A stretch of DNA of 64,000 nucleotides from NCBI GenBank assembly GCA_028534125.1, contig CM052817.1:9488001-9552000 (forward strand), written 5' to 3'. Shown here piece by piece: positions 12,240 to 24,075 of this stretch (position 1 is its first letter; each line of letters begins with the position of its first letter). The notes below the pieces were generated by a model. The model saw nothing but the letters and a program-made list of their open reading frames with translations, was not told the origin of the DNA and did not search any database. The DNA comes from Lama glama. Taxonomy: Eukaryota. The translations under genes and the position numbers were made by a program.

Positions 12240-12710
12240 AGTGTATCAATTAGAATTGCATTCATTGATGAGTATCTGAAATCCTCGTTCTTTTCACATA
12301 TAAGGGGTTTATTTTTCTCATGTAACAGGGATCCCAGAGGTAGGTGAGCAAAAGATGGTGTAGCTGTTCAGAAGTCACCAGGAAACCAGCCTCCTGTATT
12401 CCTACTTCACCAGCATCAGAGTGTGGCTTTCATCCTTATGATGACAAGACAGCTGCCACATCTCCAGGTATTGAGAGCATATTCCAGACAGGAAGGAAAA
12501 GTCTTCTTGTCAAACTTTGCCTTTTTATTTGGGAAGGGAGGCCCTCTTCTAGGACTCTTTGTGTATCTTATTGGCCAAACTGTGTCCAAAGGCCACCTGC
12601 AGCTGCAAGGGAGTCTGGAAGTTTGCGTTTCTGTTTCTAGGCTTCAGTATAGAAAAAGGCAAGGGAAATGTGGATTGGGATGAGTTATAAGCGAGCCAAC
12701 CTACAGTACT
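12240..12710 (-). mobile_element. Old MaLR LTR (MLT1K/L-like)
   Basis: GTTTATTTTTCTCATGTAACAG, GACAAGACAGCTGCCAC, TCTTATTGGCCAAACTGTGTC and AGCTGCAAGGGAGTCTGGAA motifs. Confidence 0.6.
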
Positions 12711-12869
12711 TGTCAAAATGCTATAAATTCCTATTTCTGAAAGCAATAAATTTGGAATTTGGTACATAAGTAGGATGACATTACACAAACATTTCTCAGC
12801 TGCATCTATTTGCATACTTACTTGTGAGCATGAAAATATTTCTAAAACAAGTCATAAGAAGTAGGTGAT

Positions 12870-13062
12870 GGAAAGACATAGAGCTGGATGTCAGCTCAGT
12901 GTCTGAATTCCAGCCCTCTACCCAGTTAGGTATGCAATGTCTCTGGACCTCAATTTCTTTTTATTCAAAATAAGAGTAATAAAGCTACCCATCGAATTGC
13001 TTTAGAATTAAATTAAATACTATAAAATGAGTATGACAGGTAGACATTTAAGAAATAGTAGC
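12870..13062 (+). mobile_element. MIR SINE
   Basis: TCTCTGGACCTCAATTTC...AAAATAAGAGTAATA...AGAATTAAATTA. Confidence 0.55.
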
Positions 13063-13734
13063 TCCCTTCTCTTTTGTTTTGTGCCCTTTTTTCAGCAAGT
13101 GCAAAAACCTTCATAAAACGCAACACAGCCAAGAGCTGACAGCTGAGGAATCAGCTCTTTGATTGCAAGAAATTAGAACAAAGCTGCTGAACAGTGTGTA
13201 GCCTTTCTCCATCAGCAATCGCCAAGATTCTTTCATTGGGCTTCATCACATTATCTTAGCAAACCAGACAAAAATGTCTAAGCGATTTTGTTTTTCAAAC
13301 TGCATCAATGCTTCAAAGTGCCATCTGCTTGTGACATGTTACAAAACAGAGTCAACAGAGCCATTTGGTGACATTTTAAAAAGTGACTTCAGTGTTTGTT
13401 ACCAAGGGATATAATTCCTAGAATTTGTGCAATTTGTTCTGTGTTATTGAGATGTGAACTAAAGCCTTCACAGAGATGTTCAGCTGTTTCAATACACGAT
13501 CTTCATCTTAACTCAGGAAGCCAGGTTTTAAACTGAGTTTCTTTCCATTTTAATTATCTCCCCATGTCGCTCCAACCTTTCCAGTCAAAGACGGATGTTT
13601 CAAGCTTATCACTTTAGAGCCAGGATGGCAAAATTAGAAAGAAGAAGTGAAATGAACCAAAAAGAATTCACAGATTTGCAGAATCGAAATCTAACCATCA
13701 GCCAAAATCTCATTTCTATCCTCTGGTAAAATGG

Positions 13735-13885
13735 GAATGGCAGAATGCAGTTCAGGGCCATGGGCTCCTGTTCACGTACTAATTCTGTGACCTTTAGGAA
13801 GCTATTTAACCTTATTCTCTGGATCCTTACCTGGAAAAAGGAATGAACATACCTGCCCATCCCATCTTATGTGGTTGAGAGAATG
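13735..13885 (+). mobile_element. MIR SINE
   Basis: CTGTGACCTTTAGGAAGCTATTTAACCT...ATACCTGCC...GTGGTTGAGAG. Confidence 0.55.
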
Positions 13886-15279
13886 TGCTAGACCTGCCAG
13901 TCAATATAACGCCTGAGCTACTCAAGCCTCTTTTGTGATTTCCCATCTACTGTGGTAGAGTTTGTACCATATTGTAGCATGTGATGGATCCCATGGCCTC
14001 CTCAGGCTTCCGTCTGAATCCTCATCTTATTTTTACAGCCAAATTTCCTTAACCAGAGGCCATCGCTCCTGCCTCCCCCTCTCTTCCATACCCTTAATCT
14101 GAACTTAGCCCACATCAAACGTCAACCACCCAATGTCAGGCCCTCTCCTCTCACTGAGCAACTTTCCCCAAGTGTTTCCACGCTGTGCTCATGAATTTCC
14201 ATAGCACAGTCATTATGCAAATCATGGTCCAAATCACAGTCCACTATGCAAATCACGCACCTTACTGGTGTCCATTTTAAGAATGAGAACTTTCATATGA
14301 AGAAAGCAGTCTTCTGTCTTCTCTGAAACTGATCATCTCCATGCAGCCAGAGTGTTACTAAGTTCTGGGCAGAGATGGAGAGAGAGCCCCCTCCCCATGT
14401 TGAGTCACCTGGCCCCAGAGGAGTTGTGCTTGTACCCAAAGACTCAAGTCTTTACTGGAAATGTCTGCCTGAAAAGTTCCCCTGGGAACATTCCTTTAAC
14501 AACTCTCTCCCTAAAGCCTCAAAACTAGAATAGAAATGATTTATACCCTCCACTGTCCTTATGTAGCCCCTCCCGTGAGCCTCTCACCCTTCATGGTCAG
14601 TCTCTCATTTCTAGTTGGTCTTAGCTAGAACACTCTAGAAATGAATGAAATCTGAGAAATGTGTCATAAGTTTGGAACCCTTCAATTGGTGTAGTTAGGA
14701 AATAGTCATTCCCACTTCCTTCCAAGCACAGGACGGCGGGGCACACAGGAATGATTTCAGGGAGCAGCTCCTGAAGATAATATGCTTTCTTCACCCCTTT
14801 TTGATCCAACAAGATGCTAATAACCTACAAGTTTCATTTGCTGTGGAAGAACAGAGATGTGTGGCGGCTAGAGGTGGGTCAAGGGAGTCAGGTCAAGATT
14901 ATTTCAAGATGGAAGAGACTTGAACATTTGTCCAGGCTGAGGGCAACCAGTCGGTGGTCGAAGTTGAAAATACCGGAGAATGAGAGAAGGTCATCTGGGA
15001 GAGGGAAGAGGTAGGGCGAAACCACCGCCCAGGGCGAAGGCTTGGTCTTGAACAAGCGTGGGTCCTGACTCACACCTGTGTCCACCAAGACAGCGAGCAG
15101 GCATGCATGAGAATGTGAACACATCATGGATGGTGGGGAAACTGTGGGACTCATGACAATGCTCTCTGTATTTCTCTAGGAGGTTGGAACTGGGATGATT
15201 GCTTAAGATAAGCACAGTGAGCTGGCTGAGTGTTTGCTTCAAGTACCCAGACAAGTTCTTGTCATAGAGTAAGCACTTA

Positions 15280-15311
15280 AGAAAGAAAGAAAGAGGGGAA
15301 GGCAGGCAGGC

Positions 15312-15370
<59 letters not shown>

Positions 15371-15383
15371 GAAAGAGAGAGAG

Positions 15384-15434
<51 letters not shown>

Positions 15435-15586
15435 GAAAGAGAGAGAGAGAAAGAAAGAAAGAAAGAAAGAAAGGGAAAGAAAGAAGGAAAGAAAGGAAGG
15501 AAGGAAGGAAGGAAGGAAGGAAGGAAGGAAGGAAGGAAGGCGGAAAGAAAGACAGAAAGAAAGAAAGAAAGAGAGAAAGAAAGAAA

Positions 15587-15654
<68 letters not shown>

Positions 15655-15689
15655 GAAAGAAAGAAAGAAAGAAAGAAAGAGAGAAAGAG

Positions 15690-15740
<51 letters not shown>

Positions 15741-15742
15741 AA
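15280..15742. repeat. Compound polypurine microsatellite (GAAA)n/(GA)n/(GGAA)n
   Basis: Directly visible; includes 11 consecutive GGAA units at ~15495-15538. Confidence 0.98.
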
Positions 15743-16639
15743 ACAAAAAATTATACTCCCTTCTTTCTTCTTGACAGACTGAAATTTATAGCAAATGGTT
15801 ACCTCCAAAGGCCTCATATAAAAATAGCCACCATGACATCACTCATATATTTTGCATTTTAAGTGAAACACACGAGCCTTCCTGAAAGTTTTATTTTAAA
15901 CCTCGAACTATAATGACCTCCCTAAACGCATCTCAGTTTGGAAGATAACTTGGCCCAAGTGCAGGCTGTCAAAACGGCCCTCTGACCACACACACTCACT
16001 CTCTCTGACCCACACCATTTTCTGGGACCTCTCCGGCAAAGAGGTGAGTGCAGGAGGGAAACGCAACTCTGGGAGATTTTGATTTCCATGTTGTAAAAAT
16101 TGTTGCCAGCCTGACAAATGAGACGGGGATAATCTAAAACATGGACCGTTTGCATGTTTGGCCTTTGAAGATGTTAATGAGTATCAGCTTTCCTGGGCCA
16201 AACCAGGTTCTTAGCTCCCAAATGTTTCAGATTTAGGCTGTCTTCCTTTGAATATTTAAAACCGTAAGGGTCATTTTGGGGAGGTTTCGTGCTGAGACTT
16301 GAGGGCAGCTGGCGGGCAGACCAGACCAGGCGGTGCCTGCTTTCTTCCCCGCCCAACCACTGCTGGCCCAGAGCAGGATGGGAGGAACACGGATGCCACG
16401 GGCAGGTCTAGACTCGGCCAGTGTTTCAGGGCTCCCAAGAGGATTCTCTGGTGAGAACTAGGGTTAGGAGTTTGGGATTTCTTGAACCCTGATTTTCTCT
16501 CTCTTTCTCGTCTTTCTGTCTTTCCCTCGCTCTCATCTCTTGTAAACAAGTAAGTCTGGTCTCTTTGGCTTGTCTTTTAGAACCTCTGGTCATTCACAAG
16601 ACCAGTACGGCCCTAGAGAGGCAGGAGGAAGTCTCCACA

Positions 16640-17185
16640 AAATGCCTGGCACTATCCTGGGCACTTGGAACAGAGCTGTACTCAAAACAAACTCCCTCCC
16701 ACCAGACCCTTTGGCCAGTGGAGGGATAGACAGACAAACAAAGAACACGCCAAGATGTGTGTGTGTCAGAGGTGATGGGGACCACAAAGGAGGAAGCGGG
16801 GTAAGAGACGGCAGGTGTGCTGCATCAGACAGGTGGGTCGGAGAAGGCGGGGACCGTGGAGAGCCAACATTGGAGCAGAGACTTGATGGCGGAGAGGATG
16901 AGCCACACCAGCAGCTGGAGAAGAGCGCTCTGGGTTGCAGAGTAACAGGCAGGGGAGAAGGCAGGATTGAGGACTTTGACTTGGTGCAGGAACAGGAGGA
17001 TGCCAGGTGGCCGGAAAGAAGCACAGGAGGTAGACATGTGAGGTCAGGAGAGCATCTAAGGCCTCTTCCAAGGCTTTGAGCTTCATCCTGAGGGATGCTC
17101 GAAGTGATTTGAGCAAGAGAGTGACATGTTCTGCCTTAAATTCTATAAGACCCCTCTAACTGCTGTTTGGAAAATGGGCTGTTGG
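16640..17185 (-). mobile_element. LINE-2 fragment
   Basis: CCTGGCACTATCCTGGGCACTTGGA, ACATTGGAGCAGAGACTTGA and GATTTGAGCAAGAGAGTGACATG are reverse-complement L2 motifs. Confidence 0.7.
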
Positions 17186-17989
17186 ATAGCAAGTCTAGAT
17201 AGATTACATCACCCCGGCTCCGGCGCTCAGTATGAGTGCCGGGACCATCGTGGTTTCAGCAAGAGCAGACTCCCTTGAGAAAGCATTCACAGGCCGCAAT
17301 ATAATGGACATGCACTTAAAAGTCTGATGACATTCACCTTGCAGATGGCATGTGCATTACACGGCTCTGCTGAAGGACAGACATACCACATCCTAGCCCA
17401 GTGACAAAATGCAGTGAACTTGACCTTCTATTTGTGGCATGTTATTTCACCAGCCAGAAAGCTCAAATACCAGACTGTTATGTTCAAAACCAGACCTAGA
17501 AGCCAAAAGAAAAAACTGTCTGTCTTTGTTTTCCCTGGACCTGCCTCTCCTGGCAATCGGAGAGCTATCCCCAGAGAGCATGAAGGATGTCTCCATCCCA
17601 GTCCAGCCCACCAGGGGTCTGGGGTCCTTCTCAGGCATTTGTGACCAAAGCACCAGCTGTAACAAGATGTTCCTTTGCTTGGCTTGTCTCTTGTGCATGA
17701 GACTCTTTGAAGGGCCACGTGAAGGGAGGCTGATCACAGAAACCAGCTAATCGAAGACTTAGATACAAGAAATCATGAGTCCCAATTAAATATTGTTTAT
17801 CAGCATTGTTAGCTTTCTTTAATTATTTCATCAACAAATACATGTCCCTAACACTCACCAAACACTGTTCTAGATGGTTAGTACTTGGCAACCAAAAGCA
17901 CAAATGAAAATACCTGGCCTTGTGCATCTTACGTTTTATGGGAGAAAAGAGATGATATAGAATAAGTAAAGTACACAGTGCCAATTTTT

Positions 17990-18477
17990 TTTTTAAAAAA
18001 AGCACAACATAAGAGTTGCAAGTTACGTTTTATTACGGGGAAATTACTGAGGACTAGAACCCAGGGGACAGATTCTCAGATCGCTCTGAGGAACTGTTCC
18101 AAAGAGGTAAGGGAGGAGCCACAATATATAGGAGGTTTTGCTTAAAAAACAAACAACAACAAATCATGTAATCAAACGTCAAAAGATTTAGTGCTAATCA
18201 CAAAAAAACAGACATCTCAAGGTAATGATTTCAGTGCTTTTCTATGTGTGGGAAGTTGCGAGAGTCTGGGCTCAGAGAAATTGCTCCTTTGATGTGCATC
18301 TAACCATCCAGGGCCAGTGCTCTGTTTTTCTCCATCCTCAACTCCCCTCTGGGTGCACATCTTGGGCGGCTGCAGCAGCTGATGGTTTAATGGCCACAAT
18401 ATCCTGTGTTTCCTGGAACGGCAGGCAACCTTCTTTGTTTACTGAAGTGGCAGGCAACATATTTTTTTTTATCCACA
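17990..18477 (-). mobile_element. ERV1-type solo LTR (laurasiatherian)
   Basis: GCACAACATAAGAGTTGCAAGTTACGTTTTATT (minus-strand AATAAA) and CTCAGATCGCTCTGAGGAACTGTTCCAAAGAGGTAAGGGAGGAGCC; ends in ...TCCACA; subfamily not assigned. Confidence 0.7.
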
Positions 18478-18684
18478 ATATTATGTTAATGGAGAAAACA
18501 AAGTTAAAAGGGGATTTGGAATGGCTGCATTTGCAATTTGAAGAAGAGTGGTCAGGAGAGGCCTCAATGCCAAAGTGAAATTTGAGTGCAAACCTAAAAC
18601 AAGTGATAGAACAAAATGATGAGATAGGTACAGATACAGGCATAGATGTAGATGTAGGTATAAGTGGGTATAGATGATAGAAAG

Positions 18685-19033
18685 AATGTAAAAAATTGAA
18701 ACAGAAACCTCAATTAAAGAAAATTAGGAAGCCAAAAGGGGGCGCTCTCATGCGCTGTGATGATCAGTCCAACAAGAGAAAAGTCCCCTCTTCTTTCCTG
18801 GCAAGGACTCGGCCAATAATAAGCCATGGACTCTTAGTTTACCAGAGCCCTCCAAACTTTCTTTTCTCCTCTGTTAAAAAAAGATCTCCTTCCCCTGCCA
18901 TATGAAGACTTGTCCATGGCTCCCTGTGGTTGTGCAGACTACAAATTGCAGTTCTCTGCTGATCCTGAATAAGTCCTTTTTTAAAATGTATTTGCTGGAG
19001 AAATAACTGGCTGACTGACTGTTTTAGGTCAAC
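18685..19033 (+). mobile_element. ERV1-type solo LTR
   Basis: CCAAT motif (GGCCAATAA); U5-like TTGCAGTTCTCTGCTGATCCTGAATAAG...TTTGCTGGAGAAATAACTGGC...GGTCAACA terminus. Confidence 0.7.
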
Positions 19034-19164
19034 AAAAGATGACAGAGCTATTGGTAGAGAAAGACAGAGGTATAGGTGTTGATATAGGAAGATGGAGGTG
19101 CAGTATGTGGAGGTGGAGGGTGGATAATATAGACACAGGTGTAGATGATCACAATTCTGACCCC

Positions 19165-20002
19165 AGTTACAGAGTGTGAAGATTTTCCCCCACAACAGGA
19201 AGTTCTCTGTGACACCAGTTGTGATTCAGCTCCACTGGGAGTCCTACAGTTCAACTCCACTCTGACGTTATCTACCCAGACCCACAAGTTACAGGTGTCT
19301 CACAAGGCCACCCCCCCAACTTTAGATGCCAACTGCAAGTCTGGATTGGCACCTGGGCTTCTCACAGACCAGCTGTAGATTAGAGGTTCCAATGAGCACC
19401 TCCTTGGGTTCCATTAAATTGCCAAAGAAGCTCTCAGAACTCAGAGAAACATTTTACTCACTTGATTACCAGTTTATTATAAAAGGAATATAACTCAGGA
19501 ACCGCCAGATGGAAGAGCCGCAGAGGGCAGGAGATGTGGAGGGGGGGGACAAAGCTCCCGAACTCCCCAAGGGTACTGCTGTCCCTAGATCTCCTCATGC
19601 TCGCCAATCCAAAAGCTCTCGGAATCCCCTCCTGTAGGTTTCTGTGGAGGCTTCATTATATAGGTATGATTAAATTGTTAGCCATCAGAATGAAGTCAAT
19701 CTCTAGCCCTTCTCCCTTCTCCTGAGGTGGGGATAAGGGGTGGGGGGCAGAGGGTGGGGTGTGGGGCTGAAATTTCCAACCTTCTAATCCAAGGGGTTGG
19801 CTCCACCGGCAACCAGACCCTACCCTTAGGAGCTTTCCAAAAATAAACCTCATTAACATAGCAAAAGACTACTTTAGCACTCTCCTCACTTAACAAATTG
19901 CAAGAGTGTTAGAAAGTCTGTGCCAGAGCCCAACAGACCAAATAGATACTTCTTATTACATATGTATATCACATATCACATATATACGTATCACAATATC
20001 AC
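19165..20002 (-). mobile_element. MER21-family LTR (ERVL group)
   Basis: CTCAGAACTCAGAGAAACATTTTACT...TTACCAGTTTATTATAAAAGGAATATAACTCAGGAACCGCCAGATGGAAGAG and terminal TATCACAATATCACA. Confidence 0.8.
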
Positions 20003-20799
20003 AATAAGATACATAGGTATATGTACAGATATAGATCTACACACACATCTGAGAAAAAAGCTTCCCAGGCAGGAAGAAGAGTGTGTGCAAATACCCTGTG
20101 GCAGGAATCTGCTTAAGGAGCAGCACAGAAACAGTATGCTTGGAGCCCAATGAATGAAGGAGAGAGGAGTATGAGGCAACATAGTGGGGAGGGAAAGCTC
20201 GTGGCTCATTCTAAGCCTTTCATTTTCACACTAGGAAGTGTCTTGTGGACAGGGAGTCACAACTGTATTGGTCAGCTGAGTGGCTTCCACAAGGGCAGGA
20301 GCAAGGAGACCAGGTGGACGTGGTTACAATAATCCCGGCAGGAGATAATGTGGAGAGGGACAATGGTGGCGGCAGTGAGACGGTGAGAAATGGTGAGATG
20401 CTTGATATAAGGCTGAAGGAGAGCCCAAAGGATGCTAATGTGGGATTCCTGGGAAAGAAGAGCATCAAATAGCTTTGTGATGGGCCTCAGGCAAGTGATT
20501 TGGGCTGAGTCTCTGAAAGAATTTGCTACCCATTAGTGAGATGGGGAGAGTGAGGGCAGCAGGTGGGGAGGGAGACACACGGGGCTGTGGAGGAAGGACC
20601 CTGACAAGGATTTTGGTGGAGCAGTGGGACAGAAGCCTGATGGAGTAGGTCTGAGAGAGAATGGGAGGAAGGAAACTGTAGATAGTGAGTTGAGAACACT
20701 GGTTCAAGGAGTTTGCTATAAAGGGAAACTGAGACATGAGTCAGTGACCAGAGATGGAAGTGTCTGGAAAAGGTAACATATTGTAATGTATCTAGTATC

Positions 20800-20959
20800 T
20801 GTCATATATATCACTACATATATGTAATTTGCTTTATATACTTCTAGACATTATTATATTATACTCTATGTATATACATTGCTACAAAGACAATTTCTAT
20901 AGAATATATGTAATATATATGTTATATATATGTGTGTGTGTATATATATGTATATATTT

Positions 20960-20994
<35 letters not shown>

Positions 20995-20996
20995 AT
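20800..20996. repeat. AT-rich low complexity with (TA)n/(TG)n microsatellite
   Basis: Directly visible. Confidence 0.9.
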
Positions 20997-22062
20997 GTAA
21001 TTACACTACCACAGGAGCTGTGAGGCCAGGATAGGTGATGAGTTTTCTAAGTAGATATTGCAGTCGCTGAGGATTATGATAGTGATGTTGGAAAGGGTGA
21101 CAGGGGCCATGATCTGACATCTCCAAAAACGAGGGACTTGCTATAGATTAGTCGATGACTAGTGGGTGGCATGGACTAATGACAGGAGATTCAGTGCTGG
21201 AGGGACAGAAGAAGGTGGAATAATGAATGGTCTGGAAACAGTAGGGAGGAGCAAGGAGGTGACCAACTTCCCCTCGAGGCCCAGCGGAATGAGGAGTGAG
21301 GGTAGGAAACAGCCACCACTTGAGTGGGCAGCAGGGACAGAGGTGTCCTCAAGGGAGACCCAGGCTTCAGGCAGAACAAGAAAGTGAAAGACATTCAGAA
21401 TGGAGGATGAGGATACAGCGGACTTGGCTGATGAGTGGAAGCTGAGTTCCAAGGGACACCAGGGAAGGACTTCTGGAGTCGGGAAGGACTTCTGGAGTCA
21501 GGAAGGAGTGAGGGACGGGCTAAGAAAGGAACCATAGGATTGAGAGTCCATGGAATGAGTGATGCCATGGGAGCTTGAAGGACATGCACTGGCATAAAGG
21601 GTGTGGTGAGGCTCCCCTGATGGTCTCCAGGCAGAGTGGTGGTGAGTGAGACTGTAAGTGGGAAGGAGGAGCGAGGTGGGGTCTCCAGGAACCATGTCAG
21701 GTCCATGGAGGCTTGGAGCTGGGATAGTGAGAAGCCTTACCTGGAGCACCCAGAAAGCTCTCGGGTGCCTTCCTTGCTCTCCCAATAGATTTTCATTAAC
21801 TTTGGAGAAGACCAAGTATATTGGTAATCCTGGGTGATAAAATGTGAGAAGGCTGGGGAGCCAGGAAGTGAGGCTAACGGTGGTCAACAGCGGCAAGTTA
21901 TGGAGAGCTTAGCATCGTGTTAGAGACTTCAGCCTTTATCCCACAGATTTAGTCTTTGGGCTATGACAGGGGCTCTTATGAAGATCCTGGTCTTACTTCT
22001 ACTCCCCCATCACCCTACATATCCATTCTACCCACAGCTTTGGGGAGCTGAGGGTTTACCAG

Positions 22063-22478
22063 TTGTATATGTCAGTGTTCAACCAGAGAAACAGAGCCAG
22101 TAGGAGGTATATATTTTAAGAGATGGATTGTGAGGAATTGAATTATGCAGATGTAAAGATGGTCTAGAGAGTTTGAAATCTATGGGGGAGACCTCCAGGA
22201 AGGGCAGACTAGAACCATCAGGGATGGGCTAATGCTGAAATCCATACGTATGTGGAATTTTTTCTTTATCGTGGAAGCCTCAGCTCTGCGCTGAAGACCT
22301 TTTAACTGAATCATGCCCACCCAGATTATCTAGGAAAATCTCCCTTACTTAAAGCCAACTGATTATGGATTTTAATCACATCCACAAAATACTTTCTCCA
22401 CAAAACCTAGGTGAATGTTTGGAGGAAAACTGGGGACTGAAGTCCAGCCAAGCTGGTCATCAAACTAAGTATGACACC
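22063..22478 (-). mobile_element. MLT2-family LTR (MLT2D-like, ERVL)
   Basis: GTTCAACCAGAGAAACAGAGCCAGTAGGAG...CCCACCCAGATTATCTAGGAAAATCTCCCTTACTTAAAGCCAACTGATTATGGATTTTAATCACATC. Confidence 0.85.
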
Positions 22479-22979
22479 AGTGTCGCCCCTAAAATCTGTA
22501 GATCCATGGTGAGAGTTCCTTCTGTGAGCAAGGAGTGGTCTGTGGAGGATGACAGGGAGAGGGTAAAGATGGTTCACCTTGCACTTCAGAAAAATCAGAT
22601 CATTGGTCTTAAGTGGTAAAAATTCTTAGGAAGGAATTTGAGCAAACAGTACTAAAAATAAAATATGACTTTCTCCAGTGCAAATCCATGTGAATTACAG
22701 TTGATCTCAGTGGGAAATAAAGCAAGTTGGAAAGAACCCCAAAGAAAAGTTATTCCAAATTTCCCTGGATATTCCAAGAAAGGACACGTTTGTCCAGTGC
22801 ACAAGGATTTTTAACTAATAGTTCAAAGTTCCCAGCAGCTATGGCACCACTGAATTCACGATTAATGAATTGACAAATATTCATGGACACTTAATAAGTG
22901 CTCAGCATTTTAATGAAAATAGGGAAGTAGCAACAGTTCCTGCCCCCTTCCCAAGAGGCAGCTTCCCCAGGGAGGCCAT

Positions 22980-23462
22980 CGGAACTCTTCCAATTGAAAG
23001 TGAGAGGACACCCACCTCAAGATGCTTTAGCTGAAAAACAAGTTTGGGGAAGAGTTCATCAAAGTCTGGGCTATATCTCTGGCTTCAGGTTCTGCTGGAT
23101 CCAGGTACTCTAAGAACATAGTTGGAACTCTGGCTTTGCACATCTCTTACTTCTGCTTTTCTCTGAGGTAACTTCACGTTTGGTCAGGTCACTTCCAGCA
23201 ATGGCAGAAAGGGTCAACAAAACCTCCAGGCCGACATGCTAGTGCAGTAATCCCAGCAGAAAAGTCCCAGGGCTGAGTTTCACTGGACTCATGTAAGTCA
23301 CGAGCCCTCCCGTGAATGAATCGTTGTAACCAGAGCAGTGTAATAACCTGAAGAGACTGGAACGTAAGTGGGAGAGAGAAAGGTCCCCAACAGAAAATCA
23401 AGAGGCTATTCCAGAAGCAGGAACAGACATTGGGTAGACAATAAAAGGCAGGCCCTGCTACA
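22980..23462 (-). mobile_element. Old MaLR LTR (MLT1J/K-like)
   Basis: CTGGCTTCAGGTTCTGCTGGATCCAGGTACTC; CCCTCCCGTGAATGAATC; AGGTCCCCAACAGAAAATCAAG. Confidence 0.55.
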
Positions 23463-23902
23463 AGAACTTTACAACTGAAGGTCCAGAAACCAGTGCCAGT
23501 CAGAATAGAGCTGGGAATTCCACTGGGTGTACTGCCCCAACTTCCAGGCTATTTCCTCATCCCTAAAGGGAAGAGGGGGGACTCATAACAACACTCACTA
23601 TGTCTCACTGCTACAAGTATTATCAAAAAATCAAATGCAGTATATATAAATATGCCTTATAAATCATAAATCATATGCAAATAAGACATGATAAGCACTT
23701 TATCCATGAGGTGAGGGTTGAGTTTGTGCTGCAAAGGGGAAGCAGGAAGGTAGAAAGCCAGCAGGAAGAAGATCACTCTCTGGGCAAAGTCACCCACAGG
23801 TGAAGGGAGGCTTGTTCTGTCCTAACGCAATGCAATGATCCTTTGTATTCAGAATTTCTATCTGTGAGAATGAACTGAAATAATAATAGGGAAGACTTGT
23901 TC

Positions 23903-24075
23903 CTTACTAGCTGTATGACTTTGGGAAAATTTTTTCATCTCTCTCTCTGTTTCCTCATCTGCAAAGTGGGATAATGATAGTACTTGCCTCACAGGATAAT
24001 TGCGAGGATTGAATGTGTTAACACAGGTAAAGCACCAGGTATGTACTAAGTGTTCTATAAATACTAACTATTGTC
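23903..24075 (+). mobile_element. MIR SINE
   Basis: CTTACTAGCTGTATGACTTTGGG...TTTCCTCATCTGCAAAGTGGGATAATGATAGTACTTGCCTCACAGG. Confidence 0.9.

Larger units (their letters stand above)
17826..21900 (-). mobile_element. Fragmented LINE-2 host element, with pieces at ~17826-17950, 18530-18620, 20050-20760 and 21030-21900
   Basis: 3' end TTCATCAACAAATAC; GTGGTCAGGAGAGGCCTC; CCCAGGCAGGAAGAAGAGTGTGTGCAAATACCCTGTGGCAGG; GTTCAAGGAGTTTGCTATAAAGGGAA; all in the same orientation and in L2 order. The last piece is least certain. Confidence 0.6.

Noticed and set aside
14991..15817. Long minus-strand ORFs (251 and 192 aa, FLSF repeats)
   Set aside because: Translation of the (TTTC)n microsatellite, which has no stop codons
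16570..17116. Overlapping 116-169-aa ORFs
   Set aside because: They lie in a purine-rich L2 fragment and show no recognisable domain
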